A stretch of DNA of 53,337 nucleotides, filler included, from Sluysia triapertura (Eukaryota): assembly GCA_046118255.1 (NCBI GenBank). It is 4 parts of 4 records of this genome, joined end to end, with 100 filler letters (N's around TTAATTAATTAA, not from the genome) between each part and the next. Parts side by side here need not be neighbours in the genome. Positions count along the whole stretch, not along the records: positions 14,621 to 29,827 come from JBJNIA010234673.1; positions 29,928 to 41,158 come from JBJNIA010187102.1; 2 more parts are not named here. The stretch is one strand, 5' to 3'. Made by a program: the position numbers and the translations under genes. Below are positions 23,621-35,499 of the stretch, piece by piece (within the stretch, counting starts at the first letter, position 1; each line of letters begins with the position of its first letter). Under the pieces are notes generated by a model. That model was not told the DNA's origin and ran no database searches. It worked only from the letters and a program-made list of their open reading frames with translations.

Positions 23621-24960
23621 TCAACCTTCACCCTCGAACGAAGGAGTAGTATCTAAGAGCCTGGAATCGTGATGGTAATATTATAAATTAAGTTTAAGGC
23701 GTGTCATTAAATGAGATAAAAATAGATCCTTAGACGAACAGAAATAATTATCAGCAAATCTTAAAGATCTGGTATAAATTTGCGAGGATTGTGATTTCCG
23801 GAATAAATTTCAGAACTTTGGCGATGTCAGATTGAATGATGAATATATCAACATATCTTTTGTAGATGTCGTTACTCGCATAGTTTGTGTCAAACATACG
23901 AATCTCGTACGTCGTAAATCGAAAATCAAGTCGAACTTAAAATCATATATGAGTTATTCATTTTCTTGTCTATCTTTAGATATAGTGACATAAATTCGTT
24001 GAAAAAATTAACATGATTAAGGTTTATTTCAATAAGACAGGAATTCATTTCAATTCCAGAATCTAACATCAATTTGAAAATGCTGGATCTTAATTTGAAT
24101 CTAAGAACTATCCTGGTTTTATTGTTGCAAATATAAAAACATCTAAATTCATATTTAGCGATTTACCCTTTCGAAAATAAAAGAAACATAAAACTCATTA
24201 AATCACATATGTTACTAAAAATCAAATATTTAAACAAAAATGATATAGTTCTGACTAAATTCGAATTTCCATCGAATGGAACAGACTATTATAATTTTCT
24301 AAGACGTTATGTAAATTATTTCCACATTAATTATGGTATTTATGAATATTGTGTTGGAAGATCTCCAAAAACAAAGTTTGATTTGTATTTAAGTAACTTC
24401 AGAAAGAATTTTAATTTGCATATGTCATAACTTGTTGATAATACTGGTCTATTAAGAAATATTTTTCAATTATTTTTTGCTACTGAAAACGAATACGACT
24501 GAACATTAGGTCGAAATTCACGAGCTTCAAATTCCTTGATATATGTCTTCATAAAGAGCGATTAATTTGTATCGTTTAATGAAGACATTTCGGAGTTATT
24601 TGACGAATGTTTGATTACAACAAGTCTTATTCAACATTCTTTGCATTGCTAAAGGTTGATCATTTGTTCCTTTCTGATGAACAGCACTCATAACGAGGAA
24701 AAGAGATTGTGAATATCATTTTGATGAGATTCACTATATTGATATTAAGATTTATGTGATTGAAAGTTGTACTAAGCTAGCTTGGATATAACATCAGAAA
24801 TAACATGTAAAGACTTTGTGTGAATAAATACTAACTTCTGATTTTTAACTACAACAAATATGGATTGAACTATTGATACGAAAGAAATGATATTTGATGT
24901 GTTTGAATTTTATAAGTGCACTAAAAAACTCTCTTTGAATAACAATGATTTCCAACATCG

Positions 24961-25620
24961 TCTTCTTCGGAATTACCGTTGGATTACAAAGTCTTGAATG
25001 ACGTTAACAATTTTTCAAGATTGGTTAAAAGATATGAACAGTATAATTAAAGCAGTGAGGTGGAAAATTTTATTACTGTTAGACAACGCACCCATTCACT
25101 TAAAAGACTTCGAATTGAGCAACATCGAATTATTCTTTTTCCCACCTAATACGTCATCTGTCATTCAACATCTTGACCAAGGTATTATAAGAAGCTTTTG
25201 AGTATGTCAATGAATTTTAATTTAGATAATAATGTTACACGAGAGATGGTATAAAAAGGTTTATTTGTATCAAGCAGTGGTTTGGATTTCGAAAGCATGG
25301 AATAGTGTAAAACCAACGACTATCTCTAATTGTTTTACCAAGTCTTCCGAAAATACGTGTTTTGAGATTAATCCAAAATTTGATGAGCATTTCTTATTTG
25401 ATCTATTAGATAAGTATGAAAAAGAAAGTTCTGAAAAAGAGGAAACAAATGATAATTTTGTTGAAGCAGTAGAAGGTGCAATAATGACAGAATACGAAGT
25501 CTATGAGTATGCAGAAAAACTTGAAAAATATTTTCAAGCTAATATTCCAGATAAGATGAACAAAATGTGAGATCTGATTGATGAAATTCAAGGAGAAAAT
25601 GTATCTAGGCAATTAAAAAT
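24961..25620 (+). mobile_element. pogo/Tigger DDE_1 transposase remnant
   Basis: LPLDYK..*MTLTIFQDWL...KILLLLDNAPIH...LSNIELFFFPPNTSSVIQHLDQGIIRSF, then AVVWISKAWNSVKPTTISNCF; frameshifted and 5'-truncated. Confidence 0.92.
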
Positions 25621-25785
25621 CAGACCTTATTAGGTGTCAAATAAATAATTGTAAAACAATTACAATTTTTCTGGAAATTTTTGTTATTATGTTAATGGAT
25701 GTTCGTATTGTTTTTTAATAAGAACATTTGAATATGTATTGTTTATTAAATACTAAACACGTTACATCATATTGAATATATTCAG

Positions 25786-25910
25786 ATCATTCTGGAGTCA
25801 GATTTGTTGATGTCATTGGTGACTTAATGAATAGAGTTCAAACATATATTCAAGAAAATAACCTTACTCATCAAATCAAAAAATCGTTTCCACAAAATAA
25901 TATTAATTAA
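25786..25910 (+). CDS. Cav2: Probable terminal exon of Cav2
   Basis: ttcag|AT CAT...TAA; phase 1, compatible with donor G|gttaat at 22671; DHSGVRFVDVIGDLMNRVQTYIQENNLTHQIKKSFPQNNIN*. FxDxxxDLxxxV resembles a short motif I recall from invertebrate Cav2 tails. Confidence 0.5.
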
Positions 25911-28900
25911 TAGTTTTTGTTTTCATATCTTGTCCATTTGTTATGCAATTTTATTGGTTATATTTGTAACTGAAATTTGATTGGTCAATCTTGTTAAATT
26001 TTAATTAATACTCATATTATAACATCAAAGAGCTATACTATTTCCTTGTTATTATGAAATAATTTAAATTAGTTTTCTTATAATTTTTGGTTGTTTTAAA
26101 TTTTATATTAAAAAAAGAAAAGTATTCGTTTTAGATTCAAAGGTATAATAATGAAAGAATAGCACAATTATAGTGTCAGACACTTTAATTATAATTACAT
26201 AATTATGTGGTTTAGCTATAAAAATTGGAATGCAAAGAATGTTTGACGATATTAAAATTTAATATTATGGTACAAATTAACACAGTGAGGGCAGATGAAG
26301 TGAATTCATGTTATTTGGAATTTCAAACAACATTACAAAGAAGAATTGTTATAAACAACAGTTGAATAAGAAATTATCACTTTTAATTGATACACTGTAT
26401 AACTTCTTTTATTTCCCTATCCCAATCCTTATGAAAAAGTTATAGAAAATTTAAGATGCAGAAAGGTTTTATCATCTTTCCTTGGTGCTTTCGAGGGACT
26501 AAACATTGGAAAAGACCCAAATTTTTAATTCTGGTTCAGAATGAAGCTATTCCTGTAGCTGTAATGAATCTGACATTGTCGAAAAATAAAAAATAAGTGA
26601 TACTTAGTTTATATCTTTATTGAAGGAAAATAACTTTAAAAAAATTTCTAGCATTTGCCCACTATCAAAAATTTATGAAGAAATAAAAGAAGTTTTACAA
26701 AATGTGCAGGAATTTATTAAATTAAGCAGAATTAAGCCTTAAAGTATTATAAAAATGATAAATTATTACTTTCAATTATAGTAATAATGATTTATGCGTA
26801 GATATTTTTGATATGTTTTATTTATATTTCTAATTAAACTAATATGTGAAATATTGTGCAAAATGAACATAAGGTATTAATCTTACAATTACTAATGTTC
26901 TTAATGGCGAAATATACAAACAAAAGTCAATAAAATACTATTTTTCCCATACTTTTATTAAGATTAATACTATTAAGATTAATTTTATTAATTTTTTATT
27001 TTTATTAAGATTAATTTTATTTGTTAATAATCGTAAGTCATTTTCAAAATAGTGTATGTAGTCAACTATAGACTAAAACACTAGGCTAATTATAAACACG
27101 GTCGCAGGCAAACATCATCACAATTTAACACGCATCTTATAAATAAAATTTTCAACAAACTTCAACACAATCTTACACAAAATATCAAATCATCAAACAA
27201 TATACATAAAATACAAACACAATTTTTATAAAATACGTTTGGCATTATTGTTGTTGGTATTCTTGTTGTTACGCTGATGTTGTTCTTTTGTTATTTCCTT
27301 TGCTTGTTGATATTCGTATGTAATTTTTCACAGGCTCCAAATGTTTTAAGAGTTCCAAATAGTATAAATCCAGTTTTAGAATATTCAGAAGAACAATGCA
27401 AGTCCCGTTATTTCTACACCAGACAAATAGTCTTTAAGAATTAATTGAGCAATTTACGAAATGAATTGAAACTGTTCGCAATAATGAATCTTTAACTGCG
27501 TGGGATAAAGTATTTCAAATTATTGTTAGTGATATTTCTATATTCATACTCGAACTGGCAACATATATCAAGCCAGGCGCAGTCAAAAAGCCAGAATCTC
27601 GTTACCTGGAACTGTCAGTAAGTTACTGTAACATGTTACTTCGGTCAGGACCTACGCATTGACGACTTATAACTATGGGGTTTTTGAAGGTTGTTATTAT
27701 TGAGTTGAATTGATTTGATATTATAAAAGGCTTTGAGGGCTTGATTTTATATAGAAAAGAACAGTATTGATGAAGTTTCAATTTATGAACATTATATCTA
27801 CTTATAGGATAATCAAAATACAAAAGTTTATGTAACCTAAAATTGGGCTGAACTAAAGCATTAACCTTTAAGATGTTATGAAATTCGATCATGTATGAAC
27901 TAAATGTATTCTCGTTGTAAAAAATCATATTGTTATACGAAAACTCGACTTCTATTTTATGTTTATCCTCTACAGGTTTAATTACGAAAATATTATACTT
28001 AATTTTATGAACGATGTCAATAAACTTCTGGTTGGTACACAATTTAAAGTCTTTCAGAGCTTTCTTACCGTTCAGCTCGAAACCTTTGTCACTTTTGATG
28101 TTTCTATGTTTAATAAAATCTTTTATATCTTTAGTGTCAAGACTAAAATTTTTAAATTACCCAGTTCAATCTTTTGGTTTCTTTGTCGGATTCCATGCAG
28201 TCTTAAGTTTCTTTGTGTAAATTGTTTCTTACGATCAACGTAGGGTTAATCTCTGACTTAAAATATTTTAATATTACAACCAAGAATAACTCCTGGCATA
28301 AAATCTTTCTCAAAAATAAGGTGTAATTAAGGAATTTAAAAATTGAATCAAATAAAATTGAATTATTATTTTTTTATTTTGTTTATTGAGTTTATTTGAT
28401 CACTAGTTGTTAATTTTTTTATTCTATTTTATTAATAAAGTTTTTCTGTTCATTTTGATTTATTAAATAAGAGGCGTGATTACTGATAAAAGCTAAAATA
28501 AAGGAAAGGTTAACAGGTACTATGGAGCACCATTATTGACATGCACAAAAAAGCATATTTACTTATTCGTAGACTCCATTTATTCATATCCTCTAGTTGT
28601 CTTCCACTGGATATAAATGACTGATTACCTGTGAACCCATAAGCGATTAAATTTATTTTTGCTATAATATTTAAAAAGAAATAAAAAACTCAGCACATAC
28701 ATTACGAAGTTTACCTGCATGAATTTAATAGCATTTATCATCAGTATGAAATGGATAACTTTTACCACTAACATGGATTGAACAGTTTCTTTCATCATCA
28801 TGAATTGAATTACAAGAATCGAAAAACTTTTATTATTATCTTATAATAGAGACTGGTCGTTACAATTGTTGTTAAAACATACACAATACATCAATGACTT

Positions 28901-29039
28901 ATTCATTTGAACTTATTCATTGATAATAATTAACTAATTCATTGACACATTATTAATAAAATGATATATGCATAAACCTAAAATGTTAAATATATTTGTA
29001 TATAATTTATTTATTTATTTATATTTGATTGGATTTTTA

Positions 29040-29108
29040 TTTGATTAAAACTTTTGTTTGATTAAAACTTTTATTTGATTAAAACTTTTATTTGATTAAA
29101 ACTTTTAT
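29040..29108. repeat. 17-bp minisatellite x4
   Basis: TTTGATTAAAACTTTT(A/G) in tandem. Confidence 0.9.
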
Positions 29109-29827
29109 TGGATTTTTGTAAAAATTGGATTGTTATAAAAAGTATGTTGTTAACTTTTATAATTTAAATATTATTTATAATTTTAAATATTATTTATGTA
29201 AAATTAAATATTATTTTTGTTAAATTTTATAATATTTTAACGTGACTGTAGAGAAATTATTTAATTTTTAAATTTTTTTAAAAATCTTTTCAATTTGTTT
29301 TAACCTGACCTCTCAAGGTCAGGCTAAAACAATATATAATAAACTGATTTTTTAAAGCTCACACAATTTATCACACTTTTATAATATAAATTTTTGTAAA
29401 TATTTGGTACACAATTTGGAAGAAGAAATTTGTCAAATTTATAATTTATTCTCCGATTCTATAAAAACTTTTTATACAGTCACCTTAGTTTAATTTATTT
29501 TAGGAGTCGATAAAGATTTTTATCATACGTAACTTTTTACTTAAACTCCTTAATTTTTTATTGAACCATATACGGGTTCAAAGTAAATTCATTATTTAAA
29601 ATTCCTATTTATAAATAACTAGTTACATCTAGTTACAAGCAAAATTTTGGTATTTTTATTATTAATAATTTTTTGTATAAATAAACCTTCAGTATATTGG
29701 ATTTATTTTTTACTTAATTAACATTTATTAAAATATTTTAAAAAGCTTTTATACTAGAATATAAGTTCTAGAAAGTAAAATCGTTTAGTCAATCCTATAT
29801 AACAGGATTTGGTAACATTGAATTTTA

Positions 29828-29927
29828 NNNNNNNNNNNNNNNNNNNNNNNNNNNNNNNNNNNNNNNNNNNNTTAATTAATTAANNNNNNNNNNNNNNNNN
29901 NNNNNNNNNNNNNNNNNNNNNNNNNNN
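29828..29927. other. Artificial contig linker
   Basis: N44-TTAATTAATTAA-N44. Confidence 0.97.
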
Positions 29928-29998
29928 TATCCTGGTATTGTTTGTAAATACACGGGCCGCATGATTTGCCTCCGCGGGCCGCCACTTTGACACCACTG
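29928..29998. mobile_element. Terminus of a Charlie/Buster/SPIN-type hAT element
   Basis: Reverse complement reads CAGTGGTGTCAAAGTGGCGGCCCGCGG...GCGGCCCGTG, the CAG-start TIR with GGCCCGCG subterminal motifs. Confidence 0.75.
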
Positions 29999-31410
29999 AT
30001 TTAGGGGTTCCTTTTGGTGAAATAAAAAAGCGCAACCTAACTGATCTCCTTCAGGAAAACTTAGCACTGGTCGAGAAAGTGAAAGATTTCACCCGAAGTT
30101 GTCGAAACAAATTCCTCATGTTTCTCAACTTTATCCATTCGCGCTTACCATCTCATGTGCGTAATCTTAATATAAACACCAAAACCCTTTTCAGTCCTCA
30201 TACCTGGAACCAGTACTCAAATCATGGAACCTTCCCCAATCTGTCGGGTATGATGAAAAGGTCAACCGTCTCTTCAAGGGCTTCTTAGGTTTAAAGAATT
30301 TCTCTCTTAACAATGCCTTCTTCTTTGCGCACAAAAATCGCGGAGATTTAGGCTTGACTTTATGTGTCAATAGTCAAGTTTTCAATAGTCTTACCGACCT
30401 TATTTGTAACCTTTCCTTTCATGAAATTGTCCGAGTTGCTACTAATAGACTGAGTAAAGTCGAAAATCTATCTGACGCTTTATCATGGTTGAATAAGGGT
30501 AAATTTGATAGGCACGCACGACTCCTAACTTGGTGGGTCAAAATTCGGCGGTGTATCTTCAATCTGCGATGTAAATATAGAATTTCTGTGTCCTTCCTTA
30601 ATTCTGAGGACCAAATTAAACTCTGTATTAAGTGCGTCATCCTTGGTGATAGTGAGATTATATTAAATCGGTTTCATGAAGAGAAAGTGGGGAAATTAAT
30701 TAATTAATTGAAATTTCCAATAGCAACACTTGGCAATTCCACAAAATCCAGGGTCGTTTTCTGGACCTCTTTATGAAAGTTCCTTATCTAGTCGTCCATT
30801 TTTCCTACAACTAAACAATCAGACTTGGATCTTTTCTATTAAAGCCAGAAACAATACCTAGAAACTCAATTTCTGCCCACAAAATATTAGGCTATATCTT
30901 CCTGTCAGTTATAGCTAGTGCGGGTTTGAACGTGAAACAATTGCTCATGTCTTATGTATGTGCTCTTACGCTGTCACTGGTCGTACAGTGTGACATAATA
31001 AGATACTAGAATGCCTTTCTATTAAACTTATATAAAGGGCTTTTCAGTTAAAAAAAGACGCACAAACCTCTCTTATTGATGAATACCGAGGTACCGACAT
31101 TCAGGCGCAGGGTACGAAGTCGACTCAACTCTTTCTGATTGATGTCAAGTCACCTATCGATAAATTTATGGCAGCCTGGTCTCTTAATATTACTATGTAA
31201 TCTGATCTTATGGAGAAACTCCAATCGGAACTTAAATGTCAGGTTTCCTCTGATACCTTTCTATTTATTGGATTCCGAAAATGACGTTCTCTTAAAAAAG
31301 TTAAGTTTCCGCAAAGCTGATATCACTGAGTTAGCGCGCCAGTGTTTCAAGCTGTCATTGAAGTCGTCCTTTAACATTTATAAGGACCATTCTCTCCAGA
31401 GTTCCACTTG
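29999..31410 (+). mobile_element. R2/R4/NeSL-like non-LTR retrotransposon, 3' part (RT thumb, CCHC knuckle, restriction-like endonuclease), inactivated
   Basis: LGVPFG (RT YLG), FFAHKNRGDLGL (GGLG motif), ETIAHVLCMC...*HNKILE (CCHC plus RHN), TDIQ...LFLIDVKSP (PD-D/ExK); several frameshifts. Confidence 0.85.
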
Positions 31411-31419
31411 AATATTTAT

Positions 31420-32340
31420 ATCTTAGTTCTATCAGAATTTCATTTAGGAGCGTGGTACTGTACACATTTTACTTTTTTCCATGTATGTACTTCTTGTAGT
31501 ATATATTGTCTTGAGTCTATCCTTTCATCATTTGGTATCTCCAATACCTTATTTTACTATACACATACCTGGGAGGTTTCATTTCCTTTTCCTTTAATTT
31601 ATTATCTTTCTTGGGCAATACTAACTCTTTCTTTGTTAATCCTATATTTTATGTAAATTCTTTTATCATTTGTGTTACGGGGAACTTCTGGTAAAGTTTT
31701 TTACCTTTCATTTTTGCATTCTAGTTTGACCTTTATTCTTCCCTATCTGTAAACATTGTGTCAATGTGTATAATAAATATGTGTAAAAATTGTTCCAAAA
31801 ATAAAATTGTTAAATAAGTATACATACGTAAAAATTGTTAAATATTAATTAATATATTCTAAAAATAGAAATAAAATTTTTTATTATAGTTTGATGGTAT
31901 TATTATTACTTATTTCCTTATAGGTCTGGATCGCCACTGCAGTTAAATAATTTTGAATTCGTTTTATTTTTTCGACTTCATTCCAGCCGTTTGCTTCTTC
32001 AATGCTTTCATGCTCAAATAAGAAATCACAGAGATCCTCCTCTGCTCCGTCAAATTTTTTCATTTCTGGTAATGCCATTATGGACGCATTTCTTTGGCTA
32101 GTTGAGCCATATATTCCTTAAAATCGTTAGGTAATGTCATATCGTTTGTTAATTTTGATCTATAGCCTTTTGCTGGTACTAATTGCTTATCTATTTTTTA
32201 TTTAAATCTTACTTAAAGTCTTAATAATTTAGGTAATATCAATAAATTTAGAATTTATACTTATACTTATAAAAGTTGTCTTATTTTCTTCTTAATACTG
32301 GTTGCTCCTCACTCTGGACACCAGTTTTTTAAATATGTAA
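31420..32340 (-). mobile_element. Ty3/gypsy LTR retrotransposon 5' remnant (PBS plus gag)
   Basis: ORF 31884..32078 KFDGAEEDLCDFL..ANGWNEVEK..YLTAVAIQTY is a retrotransposon gag signature; decayed knuckle near 31720-31760; PBS-like TGGTGTCCAGAGTGAGG at 32323-32307, shortly after a TTACA LTR-like end. Confidence 0.7.
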
Positions 32341-34902
32341 GAAAGTAGTAGTGAAAAAAGGCTTTTTAATTTATACTTATTCTTTACTGTGAGTTCCTTA
32401 AAATCTTAGACTTAAGGGCTAAGTTGTAAGCAGTATTTTAAAATAACTTATATGGAGGTATAGTAAGCTGAGATTAAGTCAATTATACTTTCCTAGGTAA
32501 TTATTAATTAATAAATTAACACAAAATCAATAATTAATAGAGTTAAATAATAAAATCAATAATCAATAACAAAAGTTAAATTTTCACAATAAAGTTATGA
32601 TTATTGTGTTTGTTGATGTGTGTCTGTTTCTACAGTGCATCTAACTTTGGTTATTTGTAAAAACTTTAATTTTTGGTATTTCGTTTTATTGTTTTGTCAT
32701 AAACTTTATAAATTTGTTTTATTGTGCAAATTATTGTATTGTTATTTTAAATATTTATATTAATTACTATAATAAACTTTTCATATGTAAATTAAATAAT
32801 TAATAAAATAAATTAATTTAAAAAACTAAAAATATAACATTTAAAAAACAAATAAAATTTTAACTAAATGAAATAGAATACAAATGAATATTTTGTTTTT
32901 GTAAATGAATTAAAAGAAAATTATAAAAACCAAAAATTTCAATATATAAATACTGAATTTTTGTAGCCATATTTGAACAAAAATATAAAGTTAATCATCA
33001 AAGGAAATTTAAAGTCAATTCCGTGAAAGTAAGGTTGTTTTTATTAAGTTTTCTGTTCTCATGTTAATTCAGAGAACGTAATATCCTATTTAAATTAATA
33101 ATAATAATCATTCTAGACCTTAACAGCTAGATTAATCTAAAGCTTTAGTACTAAAGAAATTAAGTACGATCAATTCATTATCATTATTATAATTTTTCCT
33201 CTTAATTGCTTGTATATAATCTTTTAAGTATATCATTTTGATTACAATATAATATAAGAATTTTAGTTCATTTTGTATTGTTATTTGAAGAATTTCCCAT
33301 ATAATTTTAAAAATATTTACCATTTGTAAAGATTGTGATTGTAATTGTTAAATCACACTAAAGATTCAAGTATAAGTGTTTTTAATTGGATTAAGTGAAT
33401 ATTGCAAAATATTACTGAATAAATAACTATGTGATTAATTTCAAAATCCTAATAGGACACCATCTTCATAAGACGTGCTTATTAGGTGAACTGACCTATA
33501 GATATTTTGCTAAGTTAGCTTATTTTCATAATAAAATACTCAGCAGAACCAATAAATGTTTGGGATTCAAAAAGTACCATTAATGAGATCAATTTGGTTA
33601 GAAAATACTAAATAGCATGAAACTCGCGATACAGTTACTGTAAATATAGAAAATCTAATTTACAGAGCCATCAACTATAAACAATATATAAATTAATATT
33701 CGTGATAACTTTGACCATTTATTTTTCATGTGGAAGTCAAACAAATTTACCGATTCCTATAAATATTGAAGCTTGCAATCATGCACAAGTGGATCGTGAG
33801 CTACCATTCTGTGGTGAGCCAAAATTACACTTCATCTCTTCAGAATCAAATAATGACGTACTAAAAGTTGCAGTTGACTCATATCAGAATACCTTCGAAT
33901 TATCAAAGGAACATACTTATTTTGGCATCAATATAAAACTTTGAAAAGATAACGACTCTGATTTATATAGTTATACGATAGAGTGACATTCTGCCTTTAA
34001 CGTTTTGAAGATTTTATGACGATACGAAAACAGATGTTTCGGTAATTTAAATCATTAAATATCCTGTCATGAATGCAAAATTGTGCAATAAAATCAGATT
34101 TTTCCCATTGTCCAATGAGGTAGTAAGATGTGATGTTTTTCATGCTTAACGTTTAATAGAACTAAATAATTACTAGAATGCATTTATATACATTTTCTCG
34201 ATAATTCATAATGTCCACCAGATAGATAAAATTATATGAATATTTAGCTTATCAACTCTGGCTAAATATTCATTAACTAAAAACAGATGAGACATTAGGA
34301 AATTTTAACGACTTTTACCACAAATTATGTGACCTGAAAAATATTCATTTTCATGTTTTTACAAATGAATATTAGAAGCTTCAAATCGTTTCAAGTTTTT
34401 AAACAATATCAATATTTGTTACTATTAAACAAAAGCAAAATTTATAAAAATGGATTCTATCAAAATGAAGCCTTGGTCTCAGTAAATGGAAGATGGAATT
34501 GATCGATGAACTTATATAATATGTAAAACCAATTTAAACGATTTTTCATAAATAGTTTAATTGCAATAAAATAATTTATATTGCGTTAACATCTACTATA
34601 AATACTCAACACGTTTAAAATAAATCATTCATTATAATATTTTTTGCCTTTTCTTAAATATATAATATTTAAGTAATTTAGTATTTACTGATAGCAGGTA
34701 GTGCAACTTTTTAATACATATTTCGTAATATTTACAAATTTCGTAATATTTACATAATAACATGATTAATACGATAAAAAATGCTATAAAATAATTTATT
34801 ATTATGAAACTATAAAATCATAAAAATTATTTTTAGTACAAAAGTACAAAATATAATTGCTTAAGTTAATTAGAAATGTTAATATATATAAAAATTTTGA
34901 GC

Positions 34903-34962
34903 TTATCTTCTTGGAGTAAGGCTTTTATCGAGAAATTTCCTTTTTGCAAAACACAACCACCA
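34903..34962 (-). CDS. ARPC3: ARP2/3 complex subunit 3, terminal exon
   Basis: tatttag|TGG TGG...AGA TAA; WWLCFAKRKFLDKSLTPRR*, the canonical ARPC3 C-terminus, reached through a 4185-nt intron (34963-39147). Confidence 0.93.
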   Translation of the reverse strand, partial: WWLCFAKRKFLDKSLTPRR

Positions 34963-34973
34963 CTAAATAAACA

Positions 34974-34977
<4 letters not shown>

Positions 34978-35027
<50 letters not shown>
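34978..35027. repeat. (AAT)n microsatellite just upstream (minus sense) of the ARPC3 last acceptor
   Basis: Perfect trinucleotide run. Confidence 0.95.
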
Positions 35028-35028
<1 letters not shown>

Positions 35029-35229
35029 TTCATTTTTTAAATTTAAATTTAGTACAGGATAATACAATTACGCCATTTAATAACTTTATAATGCAACATG
35101 TGCACGTTTTACAAAATGCTAATAAGTAGATATAAATGTCCGGGCGAATTTCGTATTATGTTGCGGTACAGGCCTAAAGTGCCACATATAATGATAGTAT
35201 AATTGACTAAAAACCGAAATTGTTAAACT

Positions 35230-35325
35230 GGGCTGATAGCTTAGTGGTCAGAACATTGCTGTAAAGCGAGAAGGTCATGGTTCGATTCCCGGCCAATCCA
35301 TTTTATGAAGTCTAACAATTATATT
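35230..35325 (+). mobile_element. tRNA-derived SINE head / tRNA pseudogene
   Basis: A box TAGCTTAGTGG, B box GGTTCGATTCC, CTGTAAA anticodon-like loop, but acceptor and anticodon stems are mismatched; second copy sharing the non-tRNA tail at 46757-46820. Confidence 0.75.
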
Positions 35326-35499
35326 AGATTTGGATTTTGTGATAATTAATTGGCTCGTTTTTTTATTATGGATTAGATTTGTTGTGTTAGAGCTTTCTGA
35401 ATGTCTATAATGAGTTTAGCTGGATATTTAGTTTACTGGATTAAAGTGATCATTAATTAGTATTTGGTGTTAATAAATTGTATATATATATTTTTAAGA

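Noticed and set aside
19710-25000. TGA-to-Trp genetic code reassignment (TGA at conserved Trp in protease H*L and Tigger *MT)
   Set aside because: Host genes and the same elements use TGG for Trp elsewhere, and these relics also carry frameshifts and other stops; simple G-to-A decay explains it.
35230-35301. Functional tRNA-Tyr gene
   Set aside because: Acceptor, anticodon and T stems are mismatched, and a second copy shares the downstream tail, indicating a SINE or pseudogene.
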